Counted from the stretch's first letter, positions 1 through 9,502 are shown. The stretch is 64,000 nt of DNA from Bdellovibrio sp. (GCA_036676395.1 JAKFCY010000002.1:128001-192000), one strand, 5' to 3'. The notes: generated by a model from the sequence alone, not told the origin. Made by a program: numbers and translations.

Positions 1-1
1 T

Positions 2-505
2 ATATCAAGTCTAATTGCTGGCTGGGTTGATAATTGGATGGCGATTCATAATGTTCCAGAAAGAGTGGCAAATCATCAAGGTATGCTTGGCTTTCTTGGA
101 AAAGTCAGAACTAAAAAGTTTTCTTTAGTTCTTAAAAATAGTACAAACCCGTACGCAGCCAGTATCAGTCTTGGGTTTTTACTGGGTTTAGCGCCGCAGT
201 TTATTAAATTTATGGGACTACCTTTAGAGGCACGGCACATCACTTTATCGACAGGTAATTTTGCAGCCGGCCTGCCGGTGGTGTTAGGTCAGCTTGAGGG
301 GTTTGCGCTTGTGAACTCTATATCTGGCTTGTTATTGATCGGTATACTGAATATCGGTGTTAGCTTTGGATTGGCGCTTATGTTGGCGGCGATTTCGTCT
401 AAAGTTAGAATCTCACTTTTGCTTAATTTACTTAAGTGGGCGGTAAAACTTATTATCATTAAGCCCTGGCTGTTAATCGTTCCCGAAAAGCCTGATGGGC
501 AGTAG
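2..505 (+). CDS. 3' part of a membrane protein of the 'site-specific recombinase' (Gcr/SpecificRecomb-like) family; starts before the window
   Basis: Frame is open from base 2 (ISSLIAGWVDNWM...). Has GLPLEARHITLSTG and LNIGVSFGLAL segments typical of this hydrophobic family. Confidence 0.7.
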   Translation: MSSLIAGWVDNWMAIHNVPERVANHQGMLGFLGKVRTKKFSLVLKNSTNPYAASISLGFLLGLAPQFIKFMGLPLEARHITLSTGNFAAGLPVVLGQLEGFALVNSISGLLLIGILNIGVSFGLALMLAAISSKVRISLLLNLLKWAVKLIIIKPWLLIVPEKPDGQ

Positions 506-526
506 GTCTTCCTACAAACCAATTAT

Positions 527-1033
527 CTAAAGAACTTTATCTAAGATAAACAGGCCGCGCTTGAAATTGTTTTCGACGATTTTGATTTCAGCTTTTAAGT
601 GGTATTGATTTATTTGCGAAGAATTTTTAATCAATTCAAGTAGGTTCATTTCGTCTCTGTGAGGACCAAGAATAAGACGGTCTGCGTTTAGAAAATTATT
701 TTTTGCTAAACCATCTAATATTTTAAAAACAGTCGAGCCGCCGACGCCGGTAATACAAACGGTTCCGGTTACATTTAAATTGAGATCTTGTCCAGCAGCG
801 CAAATGAAAGTGGCTTTCACTGCAGAATCAGCTTTAAAAACAGATTTATGAAATTGGATTTTTAGTCTTTCCATTATCTCGGGTACGCGATCGACAAAGT
901 AAATATGGGTAAAGTTTGCATTTTTGTAGGCTGTTTTTCCGAGATAGCCATGATCGCAGCAGATATCCCAGACATCTTTTTCTGGAAGCAGATTTTCATA
1001 CACGGTTGTTAAGCGCTCGGACAGTTTAATCAT
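527..1033 (-). CDS. trmK: tRNA (adenine(22)-N1)-methyltransferase TrmK-like
   Basis: N-terminal LSERL, DICCDHGYLG SAM-binding motif, ITGVGG and LILGP motifs. Confidence 0.75.
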   Translation of the reverse strand: MIKLSERLTTVYENLLPEKDVWDICCDHGYLGKTAYKNANFTHIYFVDRVPEIMERLKIQFHKSVFKADSAVKATFICAAGQDLNLNVTGTVCITGVGGSTVFKILDGLAKNNFLNADRLILGPHRDEMNLLELIKNSSQINQYHLKAEIKIVENNFKRGLFILDKVL

Positions 1034-1073
1034 AGGATTTTGTTATCGTATTAGAGCGCGTTGTTATTGGCAA

Positions 1074-1592
1074 TCAAGACCTGAGGTAAGATTTGCCACT
1101 GCCTTGAAGAGCAGAAATTGGGCCTGCGCTTTCATGATCATCGAGATGATTAATAACAGCTTTAACTCCCGGAACGCGCTTTACGCACTGAACGAGTTTA
1201 TCAACTTCAGCACTAAGAATTGGACCACTTAAAGTTACTGCTCCATTATTTGCTTTCACCTTAACCGCTTTAGCATGGCGGATTTTTCGCCCAAACTCAG
1301 ATCTGACTCGATTGATAAGTGTTTCATCATCAGCATCTTTGTTTTCTGTCAGGTGGGTGGCCTGGGCGATGATTCCTTTACCTCGATTTTTTAAATCTCG
1401 ATAGAGTTTGCCTCCATAATAATTAGCTTGATTGGCTAAGTGTGTGCCCTTGTCGCGAACGAGGGATCTTCTATATCTTCCGCGAGAGGGATCTAAGAAA
1501 TACGCGCAGACTCCGCCCATGGCGAATCCGGCTAGAAGCCATGTCCAAGGTTTTACATTTAAAAATTTTGAGTTTTGTTTTTCTTGTTTCAT
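1074..1592 (-). CDS. BON-domain (OsmY-like) membrane-anchored protein
   Basis: TM helix, YFLDPSRGRYRR, then DETLINRVRS...GAVTLSG...VPGVKAVINHL BON signature. Confidence 0.8.
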   Translation of the reverse strand: MKQEKQNSKFLNVKPWTWLLAGFAMGGVCAYFLDPSRGRYRRSLVRDKGTHLANQANYYGGKLYRDLKNRGKGIIAQATHLTENKDADDETLINRVRSEFGRKIRHAKAVKVKANNGAVTLSGPILSAEVDKLVQCVKRVPGVKAVINHLDDHESAGPISALQGSGKSYLRS

Positions 1593-1668
1593 TGTTTGCT
1601 CTCACTAGAGGTTTCATCGTCAGTTTGGGTACGCTTACGATATTTATCGCAGCGTCATAAAATTCATA

Positions 1669-1686
1669 AAGCAGATGGCATGCCAA
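1669..1686 (-). promoter_or_regulatory. Putative sigma54 -24/-12 promoter of the BON gene
   Basis: Minus strand TTGGCATGCCATCTGCTT, GG-N10-GC spacing. Confidence 0.6.
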
Positions 1687-1701
1687 ATTTAATTTTATTG
1701 G

Positions 1702-1717
1702 TGGTTTTAAAATTGCA
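1702..1717 (+). promoter_or_regulatory. Putative sigma54 -24/-12 promoter of the Csp-like gene
   Basis: TGGTTTTAAAATTGCA, GG-N10-GC with TTGCA. Confidence 0.45.
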
Positions 1718-1761
1718 TAAATATTGTATTTTAATTTTTTAAAATTCTTAAGGAGGTTATT

Positions 1762-2157
1762 ATGCAAGCGCAAACAAACTTTGAGGCTCTAACGAAAAAT
1801 TTTGCAAAAACGTTTGGTGGATTCACTGAAGAAATTCAATCTTGCATTGATATTTGTCTTCTGTGTCACAAAGCATGCGAGGAAATTATTCCTTACTGTC
1901 TAGAAAAAGGCGGGTCACATGCGGAGCGCAAACATATCGAATTACTTTTGACCTGTTCAGATATATGTCGCACCTCTGCACACGCCATGATGTGGCATTC
2001 AGAATTTCACTCAAAGGTGTGTGAACTTTGTGCCAGTGTTTGCGCAAAATGCGCCGAAGATTGTGAAACGATGAGCGCAGATGAAGCCATGAGACTTTGT
2101 GCAGAAATATGTCGCGAGTGCGAACAAAGCTGCAGAAAAATGGCTACTAAACATTAG
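1762..2157 (+). CDS. Cys-rich four-helix-bundle copper storage protein (Csp3/DUF326-like)
   Basis: Repeated CxxxCxxC motifs in 131 aa, no signal peptide, SD AGGAGG upstream. Confidence 0.85.
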   Translation: MQAQTNFEALTKNFAKTFGGFTEEIQSCIDICLLCHKACEEIIPYCLEKGGSHAERKHIELLLTCSDICRTSAHAMMWHSEFHSKVCELCASVCAKCAEDCETMSADEAMRLCAEICRECEQSCRKMATKH

Positions 2158-2171
2158 GCGATCCGCTTAAT

Positions 2172-2873
2172 TTACGGATTTATTTTTCGCTCAGCAAAGT
2201 TAGCTAAAATATCAGAGTATTTATTTAACTCTAGAATTTCATCGTGGCTTCCACCTAGATCCGGGTGAAAAATTCGGGCTAATTTTTTCTTAGCTGTGCC
2301 TATGACTTCTGAATTTAGGCTATCTCTAAGTTCAAAGCCATTTTGTGAGAAATATTGTAAAGCTTTTTCAACTTCGCGTGGAAATTCGACTTCTTTAGGT
2401 TGTTCGCCTTTAAGTTTTTTATACTGATTTAGGCGCAGCTTTTGTTTTTGATATTGTATTTTGCGGTAAAGAGTTTGTTTTTCTTTGTAGGCTTCTTGGG
2501 CGGCTTCGCGTGCCTGTGATTGGGCGGTTGGTTTAGCTTTTTCTGCAGTTTTAGCAATAGCTTCGATTTTTTGTATTTCTGTTTTTTCTGCGAAAAAATC
2601 TGGATTTTTGAGTTCTGTAGCTAACAGCGCTGCCCAGATGTGTTTGCAGTATAAACCTTTTTTACCAGCAGGGCAGTTGCAATCAACAGTTAGCGTGTCA
2701 CTAGATACTGACTTTGTTTTTAAAACGACTTTTAACGGGGACGATACGCGAATAAAGACGATAACTTCAGTATCAGAGGGTTGGGCCACCGAGGTTTTGC
2801 CTTGGCTAAATAGAGTGCGGCCGCTTGAACGGACTTCGGGTTTAAAAAAATGCTCCCAAATTTGAACTGACAT
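2172..2873 (-). CDS. SWIM zinc-finger protein with C-terminal J-domain-like segment
   Basis: CNC-x8-CKH SWIM motif; C-terminal KKKLARIFHPDLGGS with HPD. Confidence 0.7.
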   Translation of the reverse strand: MSVQIWEHFFKPEVRSSGRTLFSQGKTSVAQPSDTEVIVFIRVSSPLKVVLKTKSVSSDTLTVDCNCPAGKKGLYCKHIWAALLATELKNPDFFAEKTEIQKIEAIAKTAEKAKPTAQSQAREAAQEAYKEKQTLYRKIQYQKQKLRLNQYKKLKGEQPKEVEFPREVEKALQYFSQNGFELRDSLNSEVIGTAKKKLARIFHPDLGGSHDEILELNKYSDILANFAERKINP

Positions 2874-2950
2874 GCCGGATACCTCTTAGGCAAAGATACA
2901 AAAAATTAGGCTTAAGAACAAGCTGTATGGCTAGAGCTTCGCTTTTCAGA

Positions 2951-2965
2951 GTCTCATAATGGGAC
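2951..2965. promoter_or_regulatory. Palindromic motif GTCTCA-N3-TGAGAC (1 mismatch)
   Basis: gtctca taa tgggac; related copies at 32951 and 45620. Confidence 0.5.
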
Positions 2966-3061
2966 GTGAACTTAGTAGTGTGACGAAAACTCCATCAAGA
3001 GTTTTAACAATATTACGATATCTGCATCATGATGTGTGACATTAATGCCGTATAGTTAAGT

Positions 3062-3691
3062 GTGCTCGTTAACTATCGCAAATCAGTTTGGTGTTCGTTT
3101 TTTATAGCAATGCTGCTGTGGTGTAACGATAGTGTTGCCAGACCACCTCAATTTTCAAATCCTATGGTTCACAGGTTTAATTACGGATTATTAGGTTTAT
3201 TTGGCCAAGGACAAATGGGAAATGCAAAGGCAAATTCGCCGTATCGAAATATGGATTTTACAACTTATCAAGCTTTTCTGGGGTTTAGAAGTTCTAATTA
3301 TAGATTTTCAGCTGCAGCTGAATACTCGTATGCAGCTCAGAAAACTAACGTGGAGGCCGTAGCCAACACGAATCTAACAGGACAAAGCTTCTCTTATGGT
3401 CCAAAAATCGAATATTATGATGGCAAAGAAAGCATTGGTTTTATCTACCGCCTAAGCAGTAACTTCAACTTGAACAAATTAGACGCGAATAATAATAAAC
3501 AGTATTACGCTTCAAAAACAGGAATTAATATCCAATACACCCGCCGTATAAAAAATAATTTAGGAATTGTTATAGATTATGCGCGTGAAGAGTACGGCAA
3601 AAGTTTACCCGATAAAATTAAATGGGACCGGATAAGTATTGGATTCATTTTTTCTAATTTTGATAAATATCCGTTTCCATTACCTAATTGA
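3062..3691 (+). CDS. Secreted putative small outer-membrane beta-barrel protein; paralog of 32317..32907
   Basis: Signal peptide, alternating aromatic beta-strands, blocks shared with the 32317 ORF. Confidence 0.6.
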   Translation: MLVNYRKSVWCSFFIAMLLWCNDSVARPPQFSNPMVHRFNYGLLGLFGQGQMGNAKANSPYRNMDFTTYQAFLGFRSSNYRFSAAAEYSYAAQKTNVEAVANTNLTGQSFSYGPKIEYYDGKESIGFIYRLSSNFNLNKLDANNNKQYYASKTGINIQYTRRIKNNLGIVIDYAREEYGKSLPDKIKWDRISIGFIFSNFDKYPFPLPN

Positions 3692-4532
3692 AATCTTCGT
3701 TGATATTGAATTTCAGGCGTTCAGCATTGCAGTGAAACTCAATTTCACACGAGCGCAATGCAATCGCGTTTGTTTGAAAAGGTGATTTTGCGCCATACAG
3801 TGAATCTCCAAGTATGGGCGCCTGCATATGCGATAGCTGCGATCTAATCTGGTGGGTGCGGCCAGTCAGTAAATTAATTTTGGCCCAGCTTAGATTGGGC
3901 GAAATTTCTTTTTGCTCTAAAATTTCTAATTCGCAAATCGCCCAGCCTTCAATTGCCGTGTCTGATAATTTTTTAGGGCTTCCGGGCGCTGGATTCATAT
4001 AATGTGTTAGCCGTGCTGCAAGCTTATTAGAGCTTTCGATTAAGGCCACGTATTTTTTACGAATGGTTCTTTCTTGCAGTTGAAGATTAAAACTTTTTGT
4101 AAACGATTGTTTTTTTGCATAGACGATTAAGCCCGAAGTTAAAGTATCAAGGCGATGGGTTACAAAAAGAGGAATTTTACGGGCAAGGCTTGTTTGGGTC
4201 AGCGAATTCTCAAGGGCATTATCGCTTGTCGGGTGGCTGGGGATACCTGAGGGTTTATTTAAGACTAAGCAAAAGTCATTTTCAAAAACGATTAAAGATT
4301 TCCAAAGGTAATTGCAATTGTATCTGCGCGGTTTCAAATGCACCCGCAAAGTCGATTTCTGAAAGACAAAGCCATCTTTGGTTTGTCGTTCGTTGTTCAC
4401 GTAAATAGCGCCAAGGTCGATCAGCTTTTTGAAATCTGCCGAGGTTACAGAATATTCGTCGTAAAGAATTTCGCTTAATAAATTTGTGTGTTGAACATCG
4501 AAATGTCTAACGCCGTCATCAGGGTTGCTCAT
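3684..4532 (-). CDS. RluA/RluD family pseudouridine synthase
   Basis: NKPSG, catalytic HRLD-TLTSG, TGRTHQIR and ILGDSLYG motifs. Confidence 0.9.
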   Translation of the reverse strand: MSNPDDGVRHFDVQHTNLLSEILYDEYSVTSADFKKLIDLGAIYVNNERQTKDGFVFQKSTLRVHLKPRRYNCNYLWKSLIVFENDFCLVLNKPSGIPSHPTSDNALENSLTQTSLARKIPLFVTHRLDTLTSGLIVYAKKQSFTKSFNLQLQERTIRKKYVALIESSNKLAARLTHYMNPAPGSPKKLSDTAIEGWAICELEILEQKEISPNLSWAKINLLTGRTHQIRSQLSHMQAPILGDSLYGAKSPFQTNAIALRSCEIEFHCNAERLKFNINEDFN

Positions 4533-4542
4533 TGATTAATAT

Positions 4543-4926
4543 TTAATTTTTAAAAATGCTTTTATCGTAATAATACTGTGGCTCGATATAAATATCGACG
4601 CAACATTCTTTAGAATACTGGACGCCGATTTCTTTATTATGAATTGTATCTTCGGGTTCTGGGTTGAACAGAACCATTTCAGATTCAAATTCAGGATTTG
4701 TGCAGTTTGGATCTAAAAAGGTAAAAAGCATAACCGGCACATTGCCAAGATCAGTCACTTCTTTGAAATAAAGCGGGCTATCAGTTTTTAATGTCAGATT
4801 TTCATCAAACGGAATATCATAAGCTACTGAATATTTGGTTTCAGCTTCTAATTCATCCCATGTAAGTACATCGGCTAAAACTGTCGTAGAAAATACAAAA
4901 CTAAAAAGCAGTATAATTTTATTCAT
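4543..4926 (-). CDS. Secreted hypothetical protein
   Basis: Likely start MNKIILLFSFVFSTTVLA (signal peptide), acidic mature part. Confidence 0.6.
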   Translation of the reverse strand: MNKIILLFSFVFSTTVLADVLTWDELEAETKYSVAYDIPFDENLTLKTDSPLYFKEVTDLGNVPVMLFTFLDPNCTNPEFESEMVLFNPEPEDTIHNKEIGVQYSKECCVDIYIEPQYYYDKSIFKN

Positions 4927-4980
4927 ACAATGATCATAACCAAAGCTTAAATCTACATACAAGAATTTCTTTAGTGGCCT

Positions 4981-4997
4981 TTGGACTTAGTCTTGCT
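4981..4997 (+). promoter_or_regulatory. Putative sigma54 -24/-12 promoter of the DUF4142 gene
   Basis: TTGGACTTAGTCTTGCT, GG-N10-GC with TTGCT. Confidence 0.5.
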
Positions 4998-5028
4998 GTA
5001 AGCTGAAAGAATTATTGAAGAGGTGTTT

Positions 5029-5604
5029 ATGAAATTAAAATACGTTATGGCGGCTTTGATCTCTGTTCTACTTATAGCGTCATGCCAAACGCCCCAAAAC
5101 AGCGACAGTGTTGTGAATGCAAAGATTGATTCGGTAAATACGGCACTTGAAAAAATCAGCCCTGCAAATACTAATTTTTTGATTTTAATGATTGATGCGC
5201 GGTTGATGAATCTTGCTACTGCTGAGCTTGCAGAAAAAAAGGGAACAACTAAGGCAATCAAAGATTACGGTCGTCAAATGCTTATGGATCAAGAAATTCT
5301 TATAGAAGAAATTCGCAGTTTAGCTCAAATGAATAGCGTGGCACTACCCAACGAAATCAGTGATGAAAAAAAAGCTCAACTGAATGAGCTCAGTAAATTA
5401 ACCGGGCGCAAATTTGATAAACGATTTCTGACGTTAAGTGCGCAAGATCATGAACGCGATATTAAAAGCTTTCGTGAAGTAAAAGCTAGCGCGGGCTATA
5501 CGAACGATCCTGCACTAGAAATTTATGCCAAAACACGGCTGCCAATGATCGAAGGGCATTTATCGCAAGTTCATAGATTGCTAAAAAAACGCAATTATAG
5601 ATAA
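5029..5604 (+). CDS. DUF4142-family lipoprotein (ferritin-like fold)
   Basis: Lipobox LIASC; AELAEKK..IKDYGRQM, FDKRFL..DHERDI, LPMIEGHL. Confidence 0.8.
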   Translation: MKLKYVMAALISVLLIASCQTPQNSDSVVNAKIDSVNTALEKISPANTNFLILMIDARLMNLATAELAEKKGTTKAIKDYGRQMLMDQEILIEEIRSLAQMNSVALPNEISDEKKAQLNELSKLTGRKFDKRFLTLSAQDHERDIKSFREVKASAGYTNDPALEIYAKTRLPMIEGHLSQVHRLLKKRNYR

Positions 5605-5647
5605 ACTTATCTGTATTTAAATTTTTATTCGAATTTATGAGGAATTT

Positions 5648-7291
5648 ATGAAAATTGGGTTTTCAATTGTATTAGCGGCTTTAATTATATTTTCTTTCAT
5701 GTTCGCAGAAGCGGCAGACACGGCATGGAAAATTAAAAAAACCACCTGGTCTGAAACAGATGAAAAATTATATTCAGAATTTGTTAATTTGATCGGCCAA
5801 GCGGTTGAAAAAAATGAATGTAAATCCTTTCAAGAATGCATTCAGCATCCGAATAATCCTTATCGCGGCAGTGACTCAGAGCAATTAGATATTCACGTCG
5901 ACTGTGCGCGCTTATCTTACGCCTTACGTGCCTACTTCGCCTGGAAGAACGGTTTGCCTTTTTCGCACGTAAGCCAAGTTGTGCCGCGGGTTCCTTCTGA
6001 CAATGATGGTGATAATTTGCGGTATACGAAAAATGGAAACGTTGTATATAGGCGTTTAAGTGTACTGGCTTCAAAAAATAAATTGCCTGATGGGCCTAGC
6101 TATATCACGCAAACTTTAATGAAATCTGTTTACACGGCGGTGTTTCGCATCGAAGATGAAATTGAAAATCGCCCAGGCTATGAATCTGATTATTACCCTT
6201 CTGATATTTCGCGTGGTGCAATTCGCCCAGGCACTGCAATTTATGATCCTGCAGGGCATGTGGCTATTGTTTATAAAATTACTGATGACGGTAAAATCTA
6301 TTTTATCGATGCCCATCCTGATAACTCGTTAACATCAAGCATGTACGGAACAAAATACGTACGCAGCCGTCCGGCACAAGGCGCAGGATTTAAAAATTTC
6401 AGAAAGCAAGAACTTGTCGGTGCCAGCTTCGATACAGCCTTAGGATCTTATGTCGGTGGTAAAATTACAGTTAGTCCGGTCAGTGCCCACAAAGAATTTA
6501 GCATCGTGCAAAAGTACGGCACCGATAATACGCCTATTCCTAACTGGAAAGAAGGTCCGTTTATTTTAGCGGGCCTGAAAATGGATTATTATGATTATTT
6601 ACGGGCGAAAATGTCTAAAGGGGTGCTGCGTATTAATCCGGTTGAAGAAGTTAAAGCCATTACCCTAGATCTTTGTGCGTCTGCTTTAGATCGCGTTGAT
6701 TCGGTGCAAGTCGCGGTCTCTGAAAGAATTCATTTAAAAGAGCATCCAACAAGATTGCCTAATAATATTTATGGCACCAGCGGTGAATGGGAAACTTATT
6801 CGACACCATCACGTGATGCGCGTATTAAAATTTCGTTTAAAGAATTACGTGATAAAGTTGAAAGGATTTTTATCGCCTATCAAAAAGGCGATCCGCAAAT
6901 TGATTATAGTGGCGCTGATATCAAAGCGGATATGTTAAAATCTTATTTACAAAATGCTCAAGGGTGCAAAATCAAATACAGCAAATCAAATGGCATAGCT
7001 GTCGAACTAAGTTTAGAAACTATTCGCCAAAGATTATTTGCTTTAAGTTTTGATCCCTATCATTGCCCAGAATTACGTTGGGGCGCAAATACCGAACAAG
7101 AATATGCTGGCTGTAAAGACGGATCAACCAAACGCGAATGGTATAAGCGTGAAGTGTGGTTAAGAAACCAACTTGAACGAACATATGATGTACATATGGG
7201 TTTTACTTTAGACGAGCTGACGGGGCCAAAACCTGGCGCTGGCGTAGCTAATCCTCCAGACATAGATATCGTAAAATACCTTTCGAATTAA
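5648..7291 (+). CDS. Secreted hypothetical protein with candidate papain-like Cys/His catalytic pair
   Basis: Signal peptide; DCARLSY and GHVAIVY motifs; several Cys. Confidence 0.55.
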   Translation: MKIGFSIVLAALIIFSFMFAEAADTAWKIKKTTWSETDEKLYSEFVNLIGQAVEKNECKSFQECIQHPNNPYRGSDSEQLDIHVDCARLSYALRAYFAWKNGLPFSHVSQVVPRVPSDNDGDNLRYTKNGNVVYRRLSVLASKNKLPDGPSYITQTLMKSVYTAVFRIEDEIENRPGYESDYYPSDISRGAIRPGTAIYDPAGHVAIVYKITDDGKIYFIDAHPDNSLTSSMYGTKYVRSRPAQGAGFKNFRKQELVGASFDTALGSYVGGKITVSPVSAHKEFSIVQKYGTDNTPIPNWKEGPFILAGLKMDYYDYLRAKMSKGVLRINPVEEVKAITLDLCASALDRVDSVQVAVSERIHLKEHPTRLPNNIYGTSGEWETYSTPSRDARIKISFKELRDKVERIFIAYQKGDPQIDYSGADIKADMLKSYLQNAQGCKIKYSKSNGIAVELSLETIRQRLFALSFDPYHCPELRWGANTEQEYAGCKDGSTKREWYKREVWLRNQLERTYDVHMGFTLDELTGPKPGAGVANPPDIDIVKYLSN

Positions 7292-7364
7292 GACCATAGT
7301 CTTATTTATTCGCTGTCTAAGGGGCTTTTGTATTATCTGAATCGTCGTTTGTTATGATAGTTCA

Positions 7365-8093
7365 ATGAACTTAGACGACTACCGACGAAAAAAAGATGAA
7401 CTTTTGGCCGAAGCCCCTAAATACAGAAATCTTTGCACCAAGTGCATTCAGCCTGATTTCGGTTGTTACTGTAAAAATATTCAGCCGATCGATTGTGCGA
7501 TCAACTTTGTTATTCTAATTCACCCAATTGAAGCTAAGCGCAGAATTGCTACCGGCAGAATGTCGCATCTTTGTCTTAAAGGATCACATCTGATCAAAGG
7601 GCAAAATTATTCTAACAATGAGCAAATTAATTCGCTGATTGCTGATCCCAAGTATCATTCAGTTATTTTATATCCGGGACAACAATCAACAAACCTATCG
7701 TTAATGTCAGCCACTGAACGCCAAGAGCAGTTTTTAGCGAATAAAAAATTACGCATATTTGTCATTGATGGAACATGGGCCACTGCGGGACGTATGGTGC
7801 ATCAAAGTGAAAACTTAAAACAGCTTCCGCGAATTAGTTTTGTTCCAACCAGCCCTTCAAATTTTAGAGTGCGAAAACAACCTGAATCTTATTGTTATTC
7901 AACGATCGAAGCGATTCACCACACAATTGATTTATTTGCGAATTTGCAAAATACAAAACCGCATGATCATCTGCTGGAAGTTTTTAACAGTATGGTTGAA
8001 AAACAGCTGAGTTTTATCAGTGAAGTGAAATTAAATTTACGTGAGGCCAGTTATCGCCGAGAAGGCCAATTAGCCCGCGTGAAAGTAAGCTAA
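7365..8093 (+). CDS. DTW-domain tRNA-uridine aminocarboxypropyltransferase (TapT-like)
   Basis: N-terminal CxxC...CxC, HPIE, DGTW and STIEA motifs. Confidence 0.88.
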   Translation: MNLDDYRRKKDELLAEAPKYRNLCTKCIQPDFGCYCKNIQPIDCAINFVILIHPIEAKRRIATGRMSHLCLKGSHLIKGQNYSNNEQINSLIADPKYHSVILYPGQQSTNLSLMSATERQEQFLANKKLRIFVIDGTWATAGRMVHQSENLKQLPRISFVPTSPSNFRVRKQPESYCYSTIEAIHHTIDLFANLQNTKPHDHLLEVFNSMVEKQLSFISEVKLNLREASYRREGQLARVKVS

Positions 8094-8314
8094 CTAAGGC
8101 TTATTTTAGGCTATAGATTTATTTAAAGGCCTGTGTTATTCTTGATCCATGAGCAATTAATCTCAAAGAAGATGAATATCTTCTTTATCTGCATTTTATT
8201 TCGTTAAAAAATCATTAAATTTTATTTCTATTTATTATTGGGAGTCTGCCATGAGCACAAACCTCTGCATCCGTTCAATCCGTTTGATCAATCCTCTTTA
8301 TCGCAGCAGGTTTT

Positions 8315-8614
8315 ATGAAGATAACTTTTATATTTATTTCTACATTTTTAACATGGGTCGCATTCGATCATAATCTATATCGCAGGCGTCGCGAAACGTA
8401 TTCACTAGATAGCGTTGAACTTTCTATATCTGAGGGCCAAGCAACGGCACCGCAAAAGAAAAAGGTGGCGCTTAAGCGCTTAGATGTGATGCCACCGCAT
8501 TTGCGTAAGCGTGCGGTCAAATTGCGTACTAAGTGCAGCTATCGCAGTACAAAATCGCGTGATTCTAGAGATTCTAACCAGCGCAGTATTCGGCGAAAGT
8601 TTAATAATATGTGA
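8315..8614 (+). CDS. Small, very basic hypothetical protein with hydrophobic N-terminus
   Basis: 99-aa ORF filling the gap up to lysR; no recognisable domain. Confidence 0.4.
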   Translation: MKITFIFISTFLTWVAFDHNLYRRRRETYSLDSVELSISEGQATAPQKKKVALKRLDVMPPHLRKRAVKLRTKCSYRSTKSRDSRDSNQRSIRRKFNNM

Positions 8615-9481
8615 TTAGTGCAGTGATCGTAAAGCTTTGGCGATTTCTCGGTGTAAGGCTAACTCTTGTGATTGTGTTTTTTTAATTAAAAATACAGGCT
8701 GTAGGCGCTCTTTTTGATTTACCGGAATGGTCAGTTCAATCAGACGATATTCGGGTAAAACTTTTTCATTATGTAAACGCGCAATAAATTCTGGCAAGTA
8801 AGCAACGGCGTGACCTTCGCGACAAAGCTCCATGGCTGATTCCATCATGGTTACACGATACTTAATATGGCGTTGAAATTTGTGTTCAGGCCAGCCATCA
8901 AGACCTAATACTTTTGAGGGCGTACCTTCGGATGGACTAAGCGGAACAACGAAAGGTAAATCATTGACTACAGTATTTTTAAATTTTTTTAAACCAAAAG
9001 CACCCATTTTAATTTTAGTGGCTTCGATAAAATCGATTCCAGCTTTAGGAATTGGTGTATAGGTAATGCCGACATCAACATGTCCATCACTGACAGCTTG
9101 TTCTAAACGGCCCGGGCCGTATTCATGCAATTCTAAAGATTCAAGTTCAGTATGCTTTGTTAATACCGACAAAAAATAAGTTGTAAAAACCTCAAATGAA
9201 CCGATGCGGGTAGGCGTTGTGGCCGTTCCTTGACGCATTTTTTCTGGCACTTGCGACCATGCAGCTAATAGAGGTGCTGTTTCAGTTTTAAAGATATGCC
9301 CTTGTTCGGTTAAACGCAGGCCGCGGCCTTCAGCTTCAATAAGCGAGACGCCGACCTCTTGTTCGAGAAGGCGAAGTGCTTTAGACAAGGCAGGCTGCGA
9401 GATATGTAAGATTTCAGAGGCTTTGACCAGTGAACCAGTTTCGGCAAAGGTGTGAAAATAACGAACTCGATCTATATCCAT
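8615..9481 (-). CDS. LysR-family transcriptional regulator
   Basis: GSLVKASEILHISQPALSKALRLLE HTH, LRLTEQG; divergent from the P450 operon. Confidence 0.93.
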   Translation of the reverse strand: MDIDRVRYFHTFAETGSLVKASEILHISQPALSKALRLLEQEVGVSLIEAEGRGLRLTEQGHIFKTETAPLLAAWSQVPEKMRQGTATTPTRIGSFEVFTTYFLSVLTKHTELESLELHEYGPGRLEQAVSDGHVDVGITYTPIPKAGIDFIEATKIKMGAFGLKKFKNTVVNDLPFVVPLSPSEGTPSKVLGLDGWPEHKFQRHIKYRVTMMESAMELCREGHAVAYLPEFIARLHNEKVLPEYRLIELTIPVNQKERLQPVFLIKKTQSQELALHREIAKALRSLH

Positions 9482-9502
9482 AAGTTAATTATATATAACT
9501 TA
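9481..9502. promoter_or_regulatory. Inverted repeat, candidate LysR binding site
   Basis: TAAGTTA-N8-TAACTTA containing T-N11-A, abutting the lysR start codon. Confidence 0.55.

Noticed and set aside
2..505. 'Site-specific recombinase' family label as a sign of a mobile element
   Set aside because: The visible part is a hydrophobic membrane segment with no tyrosine or serine recombinase motifs and no att-like repeats nearby.
1442..1773. Short ORFs 1442..1660 and 1471..1773, and similar short antisense ORFs throughout the track
   Set aside because: They overlap well-supported genes or promoters and show no motifs; treated as shadow ORFs.
2928..2944. Sigma54-like TGGCTAGAGCTTCGCTT upstream of the first palindrome
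   Set aside because: Spacing fits but the -12 context is TCGC rather than TTGC, and there is no equivalent at the other two palindromes.
527..8093. Clustering of RNA-modification genes (trmK, RluA-family, DTW) as one system
   Set aside because: Different strands, separated by unrelated genes; no operon structure.
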